Assembly (NCBI GenBank): GCA_041498295.1
Contig: JBGQIB010000002.1
Span: forward strand, 1,101 to 65,100
Length of the DNA stretch: 64,000 nt
Direction of reading: 5' to 3'
Origin: a bacterium
GTDB lineage: Bacteria; Myxococcota_A; UBA9160; SZUA-336
Shown here: piece by piece, positions 47,664 to 57,505 of the stretch
Position numbering within the stretch: position 1 is the first letter of the stretch
Layout of the letters: the number at the start of each line of letters is the position of its first letter
The notes under the pieces: generated by a model
Told to the model about the DNA's origin: nothing
What the model saw: only the letters and a program-made list of their open reading frames with translations
Databases searched by the model: none
Made by a program: the position numbers and the translations under genes

Positions 47664-48415
47664 CCACGAGCTCCCAGATCTCGTCCATCTCGTCGTCGCT
47701 CACGGCGATGCAGCCGTTCGTCCAGTCGTAGTCACTCTGCACGCCGCCTACCCAGTGCGCGCCGCTCGGCAGGCCGTGAATCATTACGCCGCTGCCCACA
47801 TCCAGTCCCGCGCGGTGCGCGAACTCGAGGTCGCGCTCGTTCGGATACGAGACGTGGATCGCGCGGTGGAACTTGCTGTCGTCGATTCGCCAGTCGAGCT
47901 GGTAGCGCCCCTCCGGCGTGCGCCCGTCGCCGTGGTTCCGCTTCGGCCCGCTCGGATTGCGCCCGAGCGCGACCTCGTATTCGCGCAGCACGTGGGCGCC
48001 CCGCAAGAGCAGCATGCGCCGCGCGCCTTTCAACACGAGGACGAAGTCCGCTTTGCCGAGCGGCTCCGCTTGCTTCTCGGTTGGCTCAGGCGCGGCCAGG
48101 TCGCCCGCGCGGACCGAATCTGATTCGGCGCTACTTGTGGAGCGAGCGCTGGAAGATTCGGTCGCTTTTCTCGCTGGCTTTGCGCGCTTCCTCCGCGGCG
48201 GCGTCGGCGGCCGCGCGGGCGGCGGCGGCATCCGCGGCCGCTGCCGTTGCCTTCGCATTCGCCTCGTTCGCGACGCGAAGCGCTTCCTTGGACTCGCTGC
48301 GCGCGGCGTCAATGTCTCCGCTCGTGGCGCAGCCCGAAGCCACGAGACCCAAAATCAGGGACGCCGTCACGACGCCCTTCGCTGCCCACCGATTCATGCG
48401 AACTCCTTCTTCCAC
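47632..48415 (-). pseudogene. Ala-rich lipoprotein (48131-48415) and L,D-transpeptidase catalytic domain (47632-~48128) in adjacent frames; apparent -1/+1 frameshift splitting one lipoprotein-LDT gene
   Basis: The lipoprotein ORF has a signal peptide, lipobox LVASGCA and an Ala-rich coiled coil, and stops at 48131. The YkuD domain (MIHGLPSGAHWVGG...DWTNGCIAVS) continues in the next frame from a linker (SAESDSVRAGDLAAPEPTEKQAEP) and has no start codon or signal peptide of its own before M at 48015. Confidence 0.45.
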
Positions 48416-48513
48416 GGGCGACGCTACGGAATCGCAGCGCGTTCACTCTGTGACCGGGCGCACTCTATCGCAGGAGTTGACGCGAAAGCTGGGCGAGGCT
48501 CCAATTCCCCGGC

Positions 48514-49041
48514 ATGAAATCGCCCTCGCCCTCCGTGCTGCTGGTCTGCGGAAGTCCGAACGACCTCGACCTCGTGCTCGATTGCGAGGATGCCCTCGGC
48601 GAGCTCGAGATCGGCTCGCTGGTGCGCGTGCTCTCCTCGCACCGCACGCCGGACGAAGCGGCCGACGCGGTGAAGAACGCCGAGAAGGAGGGCTTCCGGG
48701 TCGTGATCGCGTTCGCGGGAATGTCCGCGGCGCTTGCCGGCGTGTCCGCCGCGCACACCTTGTTGCCCGTGATCGGCGTGCCGGTCGCCGGCGGCGCGCT
48801 CGGCGGCATCGACGCCGCGCTCGCGACCCTGCAGATGCCGCCGGGCACGCCGGTCGCCGCGGTCGCGGTGAACGGCGCGCGCAACGCGGCGCTGCTCGCG
48901 GCCCGCATGCTCGCGCTCTCCGACACCGAACTGCGTCAGCGCCTTGCGCGCCGCGCGGCCGAGGACAAGCAGCGCTACGCGCCCGAGGCGATCGAAGCCG
49001 AGCTCGCGAAGCGGCGCAAGGCGCGGAAGAAGAAGCCGTAG
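48514..49041 (+). CDS. purE: 5-(carboxyamino)imidazole ribonucleotide mutase PurE
   Basis: VLLVCGSPNDLD..., SSHRTPDE, VIIAFAGMSAALAGV are PurE motifs. Confidence 0.9.
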   Translation: MKSPSPSVLLVCGSPNDLDLVLDCEDALGELEIGSLVRVLSSHRTPDEAADAVKNAEKEGFRVVIAFAGMSAALAGVSAAHTLLPVIGVPVAGGALGGIDAALATLQMPPGTPVAAVAVNGARNAALLAARMLALSDTELRQRLARRAAEDKQRYAPEAIEAELAKRRKARKKKP

Positions 49042-49048
49042 CGCCGTT

Positions 49049-50290
49049 TCACACGTCTTCGAGGTCGAGCAGCTCGTCGATCGTCTGGCGGCGGCGGATC
49101 TCGCGCACGTGGCCGCCGTCGAGTAGCAGCTCGGGCAGATGCGGGCGCGAGTTGTAGTTGCTGGCCTGCGACGCCGCGTAGGCGCCCGCGTCGTGCAGGA
49201 CGACGAAGTCAGCCACGGCTGCGGCGGGCAGATCGCGAGTCACGACGACGCCGCCCTCTTCCTGCGTGAACACGTCCCCCGACTCACAGAGCGGTCCCGC
49301 GACGACGGTGGGCTCGAGCGCGCCGCTCGCCATTTCGCCACGCGCGCGCACGACGGAGATCTCGTGGTAGCTGCCGTACATCGCCGGGCGCATCAGGTCG
49401 TTGAAGCCGGCGTCGACCAGCAGGAAGCGCGTGCCGTCCATGCGCTTCGCCGCGAGCACGCTCGACACGAGCACGCCCGACTCTGCGACGAGGAAGCGCC
49501 CGGGCTCGATCTCGAGTGACACGCGGTGACCGAGCGCGGCCTCGATCTCGCGCCGCGCCCCGTGCCACAGGGAGTGCAGCGCGGCCGTGTCGAACTGCGG
49601 CTCGCCGGGACGATACGGGATCGGCAGGCCGCCGCCACCGGAGATCGCGCGCAGGTCGAGACCGAGCGCGCGCACCTGCGCGACCATCGCGTCGCACACG
49701 CGCCGCAGGTGCTCGAAGTCCGCGCCCGAGCCGATGTGCATGTGCAGCCCGACCAGGTCGAGCCGGTATTTCTCGACGAGCCGCAACGCCTCGTCGAGAT
49801 TCGCATGCCAAATGCCGTGCTTGCTCCACGGGCCGCCGGTGTTCGTCTTGCGGCTATGGCCGTGACCGAAGCCCGGGTTCACGCGCAGCCAGACGCGGTG
49901 CCCGGCCTTGCGTTGCCCGACCTGCTCGAGCATGTCGGCCGAGCCCGCGTTCACCGGCACGTCGAGCGCGATGACACGGTCCAGTGTCGCCGCATCGATG
50001 ACGTCGGCGGTGAACACGACTCCGGCCGGCTGGCCGGCGCCCGTGTAGCCCGCGCGCAGCGCGCGTTCGAGCTCTCCCCCCGAGACCGCGTCGACGAGCG
50101 CGCCTTCCGCCTTCATCAGGCGCAGCACGTGGATGTTCGAGAGCGCCTTCTGCGCGAAGCGAATCACGTCGAAGGCGCGCAGCTTCGCGAGCTGCGCGCG
50201 GATCACGGCCGCGTCGTACAGGAAGAACGGCGTTCCGTACTCGCGCGCGAGCCGGACGCAGAGCTCGGGGTCGATGCGCTTCTCGGTCAT
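49049..50290 (-). CDS. lysA: diaminopimelate decarboxylase LysA
   Basis: Fold-III PLP decarboxylase (YDAAVIR, HIGSG, EPGRFLVAESGVLV, CESGD). Confidence 0.9.
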   Translation of the reverse strand: MTEKRIDPELCVRLAREYGTPFFLYDAAVIRAQLAKLRAFDVIRFAQKALSNIHVLRLMKAEGALVDAVSGGELERALRAGYTGAGQPAGVVFTADVIDAATLDRVIALDVPVNAGSADMLEQVGQRKAGHRVWLRVNPGFGHGHSRKTNTGGPWSKHGIWHANLDEALRLVEKYRLDLVGLHMHIGSGADFEHLRRVCDAMVAQVRALGLDLRAISGGGGLPIPYRPGEPQFDTAALHSLWHGARREIEAALGHRVSLEIEPGRFLVAESGVLVSSVLAAKRMDGTRFLLVDAGFNDLMRPAMYGSYHEISVVRARGEMASGALEPTVVAGPLCESGDVFTQEEGGVVVTRDLPAAAVADFVVLHDAGAYAASQASNYNSRPHLPELLLDGGHVREIRRRQTIDELLDLEDV

Positions 50291-50393
50291 GCAGCGCCAT
50301 TCTACAAATTCGCCGCGTTCGCGACGCCTCCACGGCGCCGGCCGCGCCGCGCCTGGTACACGGCTTGCTTCTCAGTCCGCCGGAGGCCCGGAG

Positions 50394-50918
50394 ATGAAGC
50401 CACTCGTCCTTGCAGCGGTGATCTTGCTCGGTTTCGCGGCGTGCGCGCACGACGCCACCCAGGAGGAGACCGAGGGCGACTTCGCGCAGAACGCGGCCAG
50501 CGTCGGCATGCTCGAGGGGCAACTCGCGGCCGGCGCGCTCAGTCACGCGGTCCGCGAGGACGTGCGCGAGTTCGCGTACGGCATGATCGACGACCACCGG
50601 CGAGCCTACCGCGGGCTGGAGAAGGCCGCGGAGCAGGCGGGCCTCGAGCTGCCCAACGGCATGATCTTGGAGCACCAAGAGGCCTACATCCGCCTCACGG
50701 CTCTGCGCGGCGAAGAGTTCGACCGCGCCTACCTGCAGGCCACGATCGAGGCGCAAGAGCAGGCGATTGCCGCGTGCAAGACCGAGGTCGCGCGCTCGCA
50801 CTCCGACGTCGGGAAGTGGGCCGCGGAGACGTTGCCGACCCTCGAGAAACACCTGGCGCGCGCGCGCGACCTGGCCGCGCGCGCAGCCACGGTCGCTTCG
50901 ACGCTGCCCGAGCGCTGA
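50394..50918 (+). CDS. DUF4142-like lipoprotein
   Basis: Signal/lipobox MKPLVLAAVILLGFAAC, then a helical domain. ATG at 50394. Confidence 0.65.
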   Translation: MKPLVLAAVILLGFAACAHDATQEETEGDFAQNAASVGMLEGQLAAGALSHAVREDVREFAYGMIDDHRRAYRGLEKAAEQAGLELPNGMILEHQEAYIRLTALRGEEFDRAYLQATIEAQEQAIAACKTEVARSHSDVGKWAAETLPTLEKHLARARDLAARAATVASTLPER

Positions 50919-50954
50919 CTCGCTCGCGAACCGGCGCGGTGTCATGATGGCGCC

Positions 50955-52277
50955 GTGATGCCCGGCCCCACCGTCGCCGAACTCGACCGCGCCAGCTGGC
51001 TGCATCCGTTCAGCTCGCTCGCCGACCAGGCCACGCGCGATCCGCTCGTGATCACGGAAGCGCGCGGCACGCGTGTGCGCGATGCGTCGGGGCGCGAATA
51101 CCTCGACGCGATGGCGGGCCTGTGGTGCGTGAACGCCGGCTTCGGCCGGCACGAGATCGCGGAAGCGATGGCCGAGCAAGCGGGCCGGCTCCCGTACTAC
51201 CACGGATTCGCGGGCGCGGTGAACGAGCCCGCAGTGCGACTCGCCGCGAAGCTACTCGAGCTCGCGCCCGTGCCGATGGCGCGCGTGTTCTTCGCGAGCT
51301 CCGGCTCGGAGGCGAACGACACGCAGATCAAGCTGATCTGGCACTACAACAACCTGCGCGGGAAGCCAGCGAAGAAGAAGCTGCTCGCGCGGCGGCGGGG
51401 CTATCACGGCTCGACCGTGGCGGCCGCATCTCTCACGGGTCTCCCGTACGTGCACGCCGGTTTCGATCTTCCACTCGCCGGCTTCTCGCACGTGTCACCC
51501 GCCCATTGGCCGAGCGAGGCACTCCGCGGTGAGAGCGAGGCTGCGTACGCGGAGCGACTCGCGCGCGAGCTCGAAGAGACGATCCTGCGCGAGGGACCGG
51601 ATACCGTGGCCGGCTTCTTTGCCGAGCCAGTGATGGGCGCGGGGGGCGTGCTGGTCCCGCCGGCGACTTACTTCGCGAAGATCCAACCCGTGCTGCGGCG
51701 CCACGATGTGCTGCTGGTCGCCGACGAAGTGATCTGCGGCTTCGGCCGGACCGGGCGCTGGTTCGGCTCGCAGCGCTTCGGCATCGCGCCGGATCTGGTC
51801 ACGGTCGCGAAGGGACTCACCAGCGGCTACGCGCCGCTGTCTGCCTGTCTCGTCTCGGAACCGATCGTCGAGGTGTTGCGCGCGGCGTCGCGCGACGTCG
51901 GCGCGTTCAATCACGGCTACACGTACTCGGGTCACCCGGTCGCGGCCGCCGCGGCGCTCGCGAACCTCGCGATCTTCGAGCGCGAGCGGCTCGTCGAGCG
52001 CGCGGATCGCATCGGCGCGCTGCTGCAGCGGCGGCTCCGCGAGACCTGCGCCGCGCACCCGAAGGTTCGCGACGTGCGCGGCGTCGGCATGATCGCGGCA
52101 GTCGAGCCGCGCGATCCCGACGACGCGAAGCGCTTGCAGGCGCTGCTCTTCGCCGACGGCGTGCTCACGCGCGCGGTCGGCGGAGCCGTGGCGATGTCGC
52201 CGCCGCTGATCCTCGACGAGGCCGAGGTCGACGAGCTCGTCGGCGCGCTGCAGCGCGCGCTCGAGAAGCTGGCCTAG
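50955..52277 (+). CDS. class III (omega) aminotransferase
   Basis: Full-length PLP fold-I class III pattern (FASSGSEANDTQIKL, ADEVICGFGRTGRWFG, TVAKGLTSGY). Confidence 0.9.
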   Translation: MMPGPTVAELDRASWLHPFSSLADQATRDPLVITEARGTRVRDASGREYLDAMAGLWCVNAGFGRHEIAEAMAEQAGRLPYYHGFAGAVNEPAVRLAAKLLELAPVPMARVFFASSGSEANDTQIKLIWHYNNLRGKPAKKKLLARRRGYHGSTVAAASLTGLPYVHAGFDLPLAGFSHVSPAHWPSEALRGESEAAYAERLARELEETILREGPDTVAGFFAEPVMGAGGVLVPPATYFAKIQPVLRRHDVLLVADEVICGFGRTGRWFGSQRFGIAPDLVTVAKGLTSGYAPLSACLVSEPIVEVLRAASRDVGAFNHGYTYSGHPVAAAAALANLAIFERERLVERADRIGALLQRRLRETCAAHPKVRDVRGVGMIAAVEPRDPDDAKRLQALLFADGVLTRAVGGAVAMSPPLILDEAEVDELVGALQRALEKLA

Positions 52278-52285
52278 CGCGCGCC

Positions 52286-53443
52286 ATGAAGCCCGCATAC
52301 GAGTCACTCGACGAGGTCCTCGAAACGCTCGCGCCCTTCGGCCCCGACCTGCGCAACGGGAACACGAGTCACGCGCCCATGGCGGTCGAGGCGCTGTGCG
52401 CGCTCGGCCGAGACGATGCCGTGGTCCCCTGGCTCGATCGCTACCGCGCGGAGCTGTTGCCAATGCCGGCGCGGCGCGAGCGGATCAGCGCCGAGAACTG
52501 GCGCGGCGCGCTCGCGCGCCCCGAGCGCGCCGGTGACTGGAGCGCGTTCTTCGCGGAGGAGCTACTCGGCGCGGCCTGGCGCGAGGTGCTCGACCGCTGG
52601 ATCGGCCGGCTCGCTCCCGCCCTCTGCGCTTCGGCCACGCACGGCGTGATTCGCGTGGGTCACGCGGTGCGCGCGCTCGCGCTCGCGGAGTCATCCGCGC
52701 GCCTCCGCGAGCTCGCCGACGCGCTCGCGTCTTGGGCGTTCGCCTATCAGGAGCTGCCGACGGCGGCGCGCTCGGACGGCGGCACCCAGTCTGATGGACG
52801 GGCGCTGGCTGCGCGGTCCGATGAACGCGCGCTGGCTGCGCGGTCCGATGAACGCGCGCTGGCTGCGCGGTCCGATGAACGCGCGCTGGCTGCGCGCTTA
52901 GCCATTCATCAGGTGCCGATCGTCCCGAAGGAGCGGCGGCGCTTCTCGGGCACGATCGTATCGTCGCTCGAAGCGCTCGACCAATTCCCCGAGTTCGCAC
53001 CCGCGATCGACTTGCTCGAGATCGGCGCCGATCCCGCCGCGCAGCTCGCCGAGCTGACCCAAGTATTCGCGCGCGTCTACGTCGCGAACGCGCACGACAC
53101 ACTGACCTCGATCGTCTTCATCCACGGCATCACGAGCGCGACGGCTCTGGGTCACCTGCTCCCGCACCTCTCGCCCTCGAATCAGCGCGCCGGAATGCGC
53201 TTCGCGTGGCAGGCCGGCGCCGCGTTGTACGCGGCGTTCGGCACCCTCCCCGAACCCGCGCGCGAGGTCGAGCCTCCGCGCGATTCACCCGCCACGCTCG
53301 TGGAGCGCGCCGTCGCGCACGGCGACGAGCACGCGATCAAGCTCGCCGAGGCCTGTCTCGCGCGGAACGCGATCCGGCCCGATCCGGCCTATCTCGCCGC
53401 GATCGAGAGCGCGCTGCAGCTCCTGCCGCCCGCCCACCACTGA
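52286..53443 (+). CDS. DUF4243 (questin-oxidase-like) family protein containing an in-frame 27-bp tandem repeat
   Basis: HGVIRVGHAVRAL core. Repeat (ALAARSDER)x3.5 encoded at 52802-52897. Confidence 0.65.
   Translation: MKPAYESLDEVLETLAPFGPDLRNGNTSHAPMAVEALCALGRDDAVVPWLDRYRAELLPMPARRERISAENWRGALARPERAGDWSAFFAEELLGAAWREVLDRWIGRLAPALCASATHGVIRVGHAVRALALAESSARLRELADALASWAFAYQELPTAARSDGGTQSDGRALAARSDERALAARSDERALAARSDERALAARLAIHQVPIVPKERRRFSGTIVSSLEALDQFPEFAPAIDLLEIGADPAAQLAELTQVFARVYVANAHDTLTSIVFIHGITSATALGHLLPHLSPSNQRAGMRFAWQAGAALYAAFGTLPEPAREVEPPRDSPATLVERAVAHGDEHAIKLAEACLARNAIRPDPAYLAAIESALQLLPPAHH
52802..52897 (+). repeat. 3.5 perfect tandem copies of the 27-bp unit GCGCTGGCTGCGCGGTCCGATGAACGC, in frame within the DUF4243 gene
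   Basis: Directly visible. The copies are identical, which suggests recent expansion or a slippage-prone tract. Confidence 0.9.
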
Positions 53444-53467
53444 CTCGTTCGGTGATACAATCGGCCG

Positions 53468-54653
53468 GTGAGACTGCCTTCCCTGGTTGCGATCGGCCTC
53501 CTCTCACTCGCGGGCTTTGCGCGGGCCCAGGGCACCGAGCCGAGCGCGCCGACCTGCGCGGTGGCGCGCGACCCGCAGTGGATCTCGCCCGCGGGCGTCC
53601 TGCACGTGCTCGATGGTGCAGGGTCGGCCATACCGCGCCGGAGTCTCTCCACGGGAGCGGCCATTGCTCCCCTCGCGATCGGCCGCGGCGCACTGGCCTT
53701 CGCGTACTTCCCGGCGCGCGACGCGCTTGTGATCGAGCACTCGGATCCGCCGCGCCTGAGCCTGCGGCCGCTCTCGCCGCGCGCACCTGAGCAGCCCTTC
53801 GCTGCGCTCTAGGGTGCGCCCTGCGGGCTGGCCGCGACCAACGAATATGTCATCGCCTGCGTCGATCACAATCACTATGTCGTCTTCAACTCGACGGGAA
53901 GTCTAGTCAGCGAGGCCGACGTCGGGGGCGTGTCGGCGACGACTCACAGCTGGGACGGCATGGCGTGGGACGGTGAGACACGCACGCTGTACGCAACGCG
54001 AACCCAGGGGACGTTTCTCGGCGCGATCGCCCTGCCCGTCACACCCCAACGAGTCGGTCGACAGTGACTCCGACCGCGTCTGCGACGAGAGCGACGCATT
54101 CCCGTTCGATCCCCTCGAGAAGAGCGACACCGACGGCGACCAGATCGGCGACGTCGGCGACGCGTTCCCCGCCGACGCGTCGCAATCGATCCAGCCATTC
54201 GGCCAACCGATCGGGACAATCGCCATCGCGGTCACGCGACGCGCCAGACTCTCTGGGTTCGCGCCCGGCGCGGTCGCTTCTTCGCAGTTCCTGACGCTCT
54301 TCGACGACGACCGCTTCAAGATGTGCGCCGTTCCGAACTGCGTCACCGGAACCTTCGCATTCGCACGCGGGAACAAGCTCGCGCTCCACCTCGACATCGC
54401 GTCGCTCAGTCAGCTCGAACGCGAGTTTTCGGCCGAGGCCGCGGAGATCGTCGCGAACGACGACGCAGATCCGCCCTCGCCCGCGCTGACCTTCTACCCG
54501 AAGTCCGTCTCCTTCGACGGAGTCGCGAAGCTGACGAAGAAGGGGGGCACTCTGGCCCTGCGCGTCCGCTTCGGATTCAAGCGCGCCACGCGCGGAGCGC
54601 GCGGCTCATTGGGTGCCTTCGTGTACCGCGCGAAGGGCACACCGGCGCAGTGA
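53468..54653 (+). pseudogene. secreted protein with thrombospondin-type-3-like Ca-binding repeats, interrupted by an in-frame TAG (53810-53812) and a +1 frameshift near the C-run at ~54040
   Basis: Signal peptide MRLPSLVAIGLLSLAGFARAQG. After the TAG, the same frame continues to read as protein (GAPCGLAATNEYVIACVDHNHYVVFNSTGSLVSEADVGGVSATTHSWDGMAWDGETRTLYATRTQGTFLGAIALPV). Then the +1 frame carries DSDSDRVCDESDAFPFDPLEKSDTDGDQIGDVGDAFPAD (DxDxDG repeats) to a stop at 54653. Confidence 0.45.
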
Positions 54654-54700
54654 GCGCCCTTCCCCGTTCGGGGACCGAATCGGCGCGCGAGCAGCCCGAC

Positions 54701-55465
54701 TTACTCGACGAGCGCGAAGGCCGCCATGACGGCGATGCCGGCCACGATGAGGCTGGCTTGAGCGAGCAACCCCCGTAGAGTCCGGTCGTGCTGTAGCTCG
54801 GGGATGAGGTCGGCGGCGGCAATGTAGACGAATCCGCCGGCGGTCACCGGAACGAGGATTTCGCCGACGATGGGCCCCGCCGCCGCTCCGACCAGAAGCG
54901 TCAAAACGGCTCCGAGGATGGCGACGCTCGCCGACGCGAGGTTCAGCACCACGGCTTCGCGCACGGAAAGCCCGCTGTGAATGAGCACTCCGAAGTCGCC
55001 GAGTTCCTGCGGGATCTCGTGCAAGACCACCGCGATCGTCGTGGAGAAGCCGAGCTCCGGCGACACCAGGTAGCTCGCAGCGATGAGCGCGCCGTCGATG
55101 AAGTTGTGAACGGCGTCGCCGAAGAGGTTGATGGCCGCGAGTTCCGGCCGGCGATTCTCCTCGGGATGGTAGTAGTCGTGCAACGGGCCGTGTCGATGTC
55201 GCAGGAGTTTCTCCACCACGAAGAACGTCACCATGCCGCCGAGAACGAGGAGAGGAGGCTCGAGGCGCGGCGCGCCAGTCACAGCGAGTGCCTCCGGAAT
55301 GAGATGAATGAACGCGTCGCCGAGCAAGGTCCCCACGGCGAGGCTCACGAGAAGCTCGGCCACCCGTCTCATGCGCGCCGGGCTCGCGGACACGGTCGTG
55401 AGGCCCACGAGCGATACCAGACTGACTCCCACGACGCTGAGCATGCTGAGAATCCAGGTCGTCAT
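54701..55465 (-). CDS. ZIP family metal (zinc/iron) transporter
   Basis: Eight TM helices with HNFIDGALIA and HEIPQELGDFGVL ZIP signatures. Confidence 0.85.
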   Translation of the reverse strand: MTTWILSMLSVVGVSLVSLVGLTTVSASPARMRRVAELLVSLAVGTLLGDAFIHLIPEALAVTGAPRLEPPLLVLGGMVTFFVVEKLLRHRHGPLHDYYHPEENRRPELAAINLFGDAVHNFIDGALIAASYLVSPELGFSTTIAVVLHEIPQELGDFGVLIHSGLSVREAVVLNLASASVAILGAVLTLLVGAAAGPIVGEILVPVTAGGFVYIAAADLIPELQHDRTLRGLLAQASLIVAGIAVMAAFALVE

Positions 55466-55515
55466 CTAACTCGGTCCACCACCCCAGTCGGCAGTCGACG
55501 GGCCCCGTAGCTCGC

Positions 55516-55541
55516 GGCTTCGCGCGGAGGCTTCGCGCGGA
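55516..55541. repeat. exact tandem duplication of the 13-bp unit GGCTTCGCGCGGA in the ZIP-transporter upstream region
   Basis: Seen directly. Lies between the bfr stop and the ZIP start. Confidence 0.7.
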
Positions 55542-55584
55542 GTCGCGAACGGTTCAGGATCGCGGGAGAGGCTCGGAGGCGGCG

Positions 55585-56055
55585 CTACTCTTTCATCTGC
55601 TCCGCGAGATAGCGCTCGGCGCCGATCGTCTCGATGATGCCGAGCTGCGCCTCGTGCCAGTCGACGGACTCCTCTTCGCCCTTCAGGAGGTGCTCGAGGA
55701 TCTCGCGCGTGCCGGCGTCGTTCTTGGTGCCCGCGAGCGCGATCGCCTCGTTGTACCGCTTGACCGCGTCGAGCTCCATCGCGAGGTCGAGCTTGAACTG
55801 CTCGACCACGCTCTCGCCGAGGCGCACGGGCATGTAGCGCTGCATGTTCGGCAAGCCGTCGAGGAAGAGGATGCGCTCGATGACTTTGTCGGCGTGCTTC
55901 ATCTCGTCGATGGATTCGTCGTAGTTGTGCTTGTAGAGGCGCTTGAAGCCCCAGTTCTGGCACATCTTGGCGTGGACGTAGTACTGGTTGATGCCGGTCA
56001 GCTCCGCCGTCAGGATGCCGTTCAGGGCCTCGATCACTTGAGCATCGCCGCGCAT
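55585..56055 (-). CDS. bfr: bacterioferritin
   Basis: MRGDAQVIEALNGILTAELTGINQYYVHAKMCQNWGF... with Bfr heme/diiron-site residues. Start at 56055. Confidence 0.9.
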   Translation of the reverse strand: MRGDAQVIEALNGILTAELTGINQYYVHAKMCQNWGFKRLYKHNYDESIDEMKHADKVIERILFLDGLPNMQRYMPVRLGESVVEQFKLDLAMELDAVKRYNEAIALAGTKNDAGTREILEHLLKGEEESVDWHEAQLGIIETIGAERYLAEQMKE

Positions 56056-56101
56056 CTCGCCTCCTCCGCGCCCGCGGGGACGCGCGGCCATCATCTCGGA
56101 G

Positions 56102-56677
56102 GTGCACGTGCGCCGCAAGCCGCTTCTCGCACAACTCGAGAGCTATCTCGCGCGGCACCCGGACGAGCGCCTCGCGCTCGACCACGTGCGCCAGTTCGTG
56201 CGCGCGAACTCGGACTGCTTCGAGCGCAGCTGCCCCGACGGTCACGTCACCGGCTCGGCGTGGATCCTCTCGCACGACCGCTCGCAGTTCCTGCTGACCC
56301 ATCACAAGAAGCTCGGGCGCTGGCTGCAGCTGGGCGGGCACGCGGATGGGAACCCGGATCCGGCAGACGTGGCGCTGCGCGAGGCGCGCGAGGAGTCGGG
56401 GATGACGGACTTCGAGCTCGCCGTGCTCGGCCCCGAGCGCCTGCCCTTCGACGTCGACGTACACGTGATTCCTGCGACGGACGGCGAGCCCGCGCACCTG
56501 CACTACGACGTGCGCTACCTGCTCGTCGCCGCCCCGGGTCAAGAGCTGTGCATCTCGAGTGAGTCGTACGATCTGCGCTGGTTCCCGTGCGCGCGGGCGC
56601 TCGACGTGCTCGACGAGGAGAGTCAGTGGCGCATGGCGCGCAAGGCGAGCATCTGGCTGCGCGGCGGCGCTAGCTGA
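56102..56677 (+). CDS. NUDIX hydrolase
   Basis: Nudix box GGHADGNPDPADVALREAREESGM. Confidence 0.85.
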   Translation: MHVRRKPLLAQLESYLARHPDERLALDHVRQFVRANSDCFERSCPDGHVTGSAWILSHDRSQFLLTHHKKLGRWLQLGGHADGNPDPADVALREAREESGMTDFELAVLGPERLPFDVDVHVIPATDGEPAHLHYDVRYLLVAAPGQELCISSESYDLRWFPCARALDVLDEESQWRMARKASIWLRGGAS

Positions 56678-57407
56678 TGCGCTCCGTGCCAGCGGAAGCC
56701 GGCACGTCGGGACGGCACGCGAAGCGCAGGCGCGGCAGAGTCACGTCGCAGAGCGCGACAAATGCCGCGACCGGGTACGCGAGCGTCGCCCCGGGAATGC
56801 CGAAGGCGTCCGCGGCGAAGTGAATCAGTCTCGGCTCGGCGCGCTCCGCGCGCGTCACGTGAACTTCCGTGTCGACCTGCAGCAGACGCAGGCCCTTCGC
56901 CGTCTCGGCCGCGTGCATGCTCGAGAAGAACTGGACGTCACCCGGCGCGAGCGGCAGCGGACCGCGGGCGGTGACGTCGAGCGCGCTCGCGCCGTCGACG
57001 TCGACCCCGCCCTCGACCCGGTCGTAGAAGCGATCGAGCCGGATGCGCGCGCGCCGCGCGCCGAAGCCGAAGCGCTCGTTCAGCGCGGCGCGCGCGAGCT
57101 CACCGTCGGCGAAGCTCGCGACCAGGAGCTGCCGCGGGCGCACGCCGCTGCGACACGAGAGACGCAGCTGCGCGAGCGCGAAACGGCCGAGCGGACCGGC
57201 GTCGGCGCGCCACAGCGCGAGCACCGCGAGCACGGGCAGGGTCGGGTGCAGCGCCGGCGGGAAGAACGACTCGGGCGCGCCACCGCCGAGCTCGTAAGTC
57301 ACTTGTAGGAGCTCGACACCGGGAAGTGTCAGCGCCGGCGCATCGAAGCTCGCGAGCTTCCCCGCGCTGCGCGCGAGCGCGTCGAGGTCGCGCGTTCCCG
57401 CGAGCAC
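56670..57407 (-). CDS. hypothetical protein (~245 aa)
   Basis: C-terminal third of the 671-aa ORF-track entry. Only this part reads as protein (e.g. LTLPGVELLQVTYELGGGAPESFFPP...DVQFFSSMHAAETAKGLRLLQVDTEVHVTRAE). GTG at 57407. Family not recognised. Confidence 0.45.
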   Translation of the reverse strand: MLAGTRDLDALARSAGKLASFDAPALTLPGVELLQVTYELGGGAPESFFPPALHPTLPVLAVLALWRADAGPLGRFALAQLRLSCRSGVRPRQLLVASFADGELARAALNERFGFGARRARIRLDRFYDRVEGGVDVDGASALDVTARGPLPLAPGDVQFFSSMHAAETAKGLRLLQVDTEVHVTRAERAEPRLIHFAADAFGIPGATLAYPVAAFVALCDVTLPRLRFACRPDVPASAGTERIS

Positions 57408-57505
57408 TACGGACCGCCCTGCTTGCGAAAGCGCGGCATCACCTCGCGCGCAAACAGGCGCAGGCTCGCGAGCACCTTCTCCTGTGGAATCACTTCCAGC
57501 GCGTT

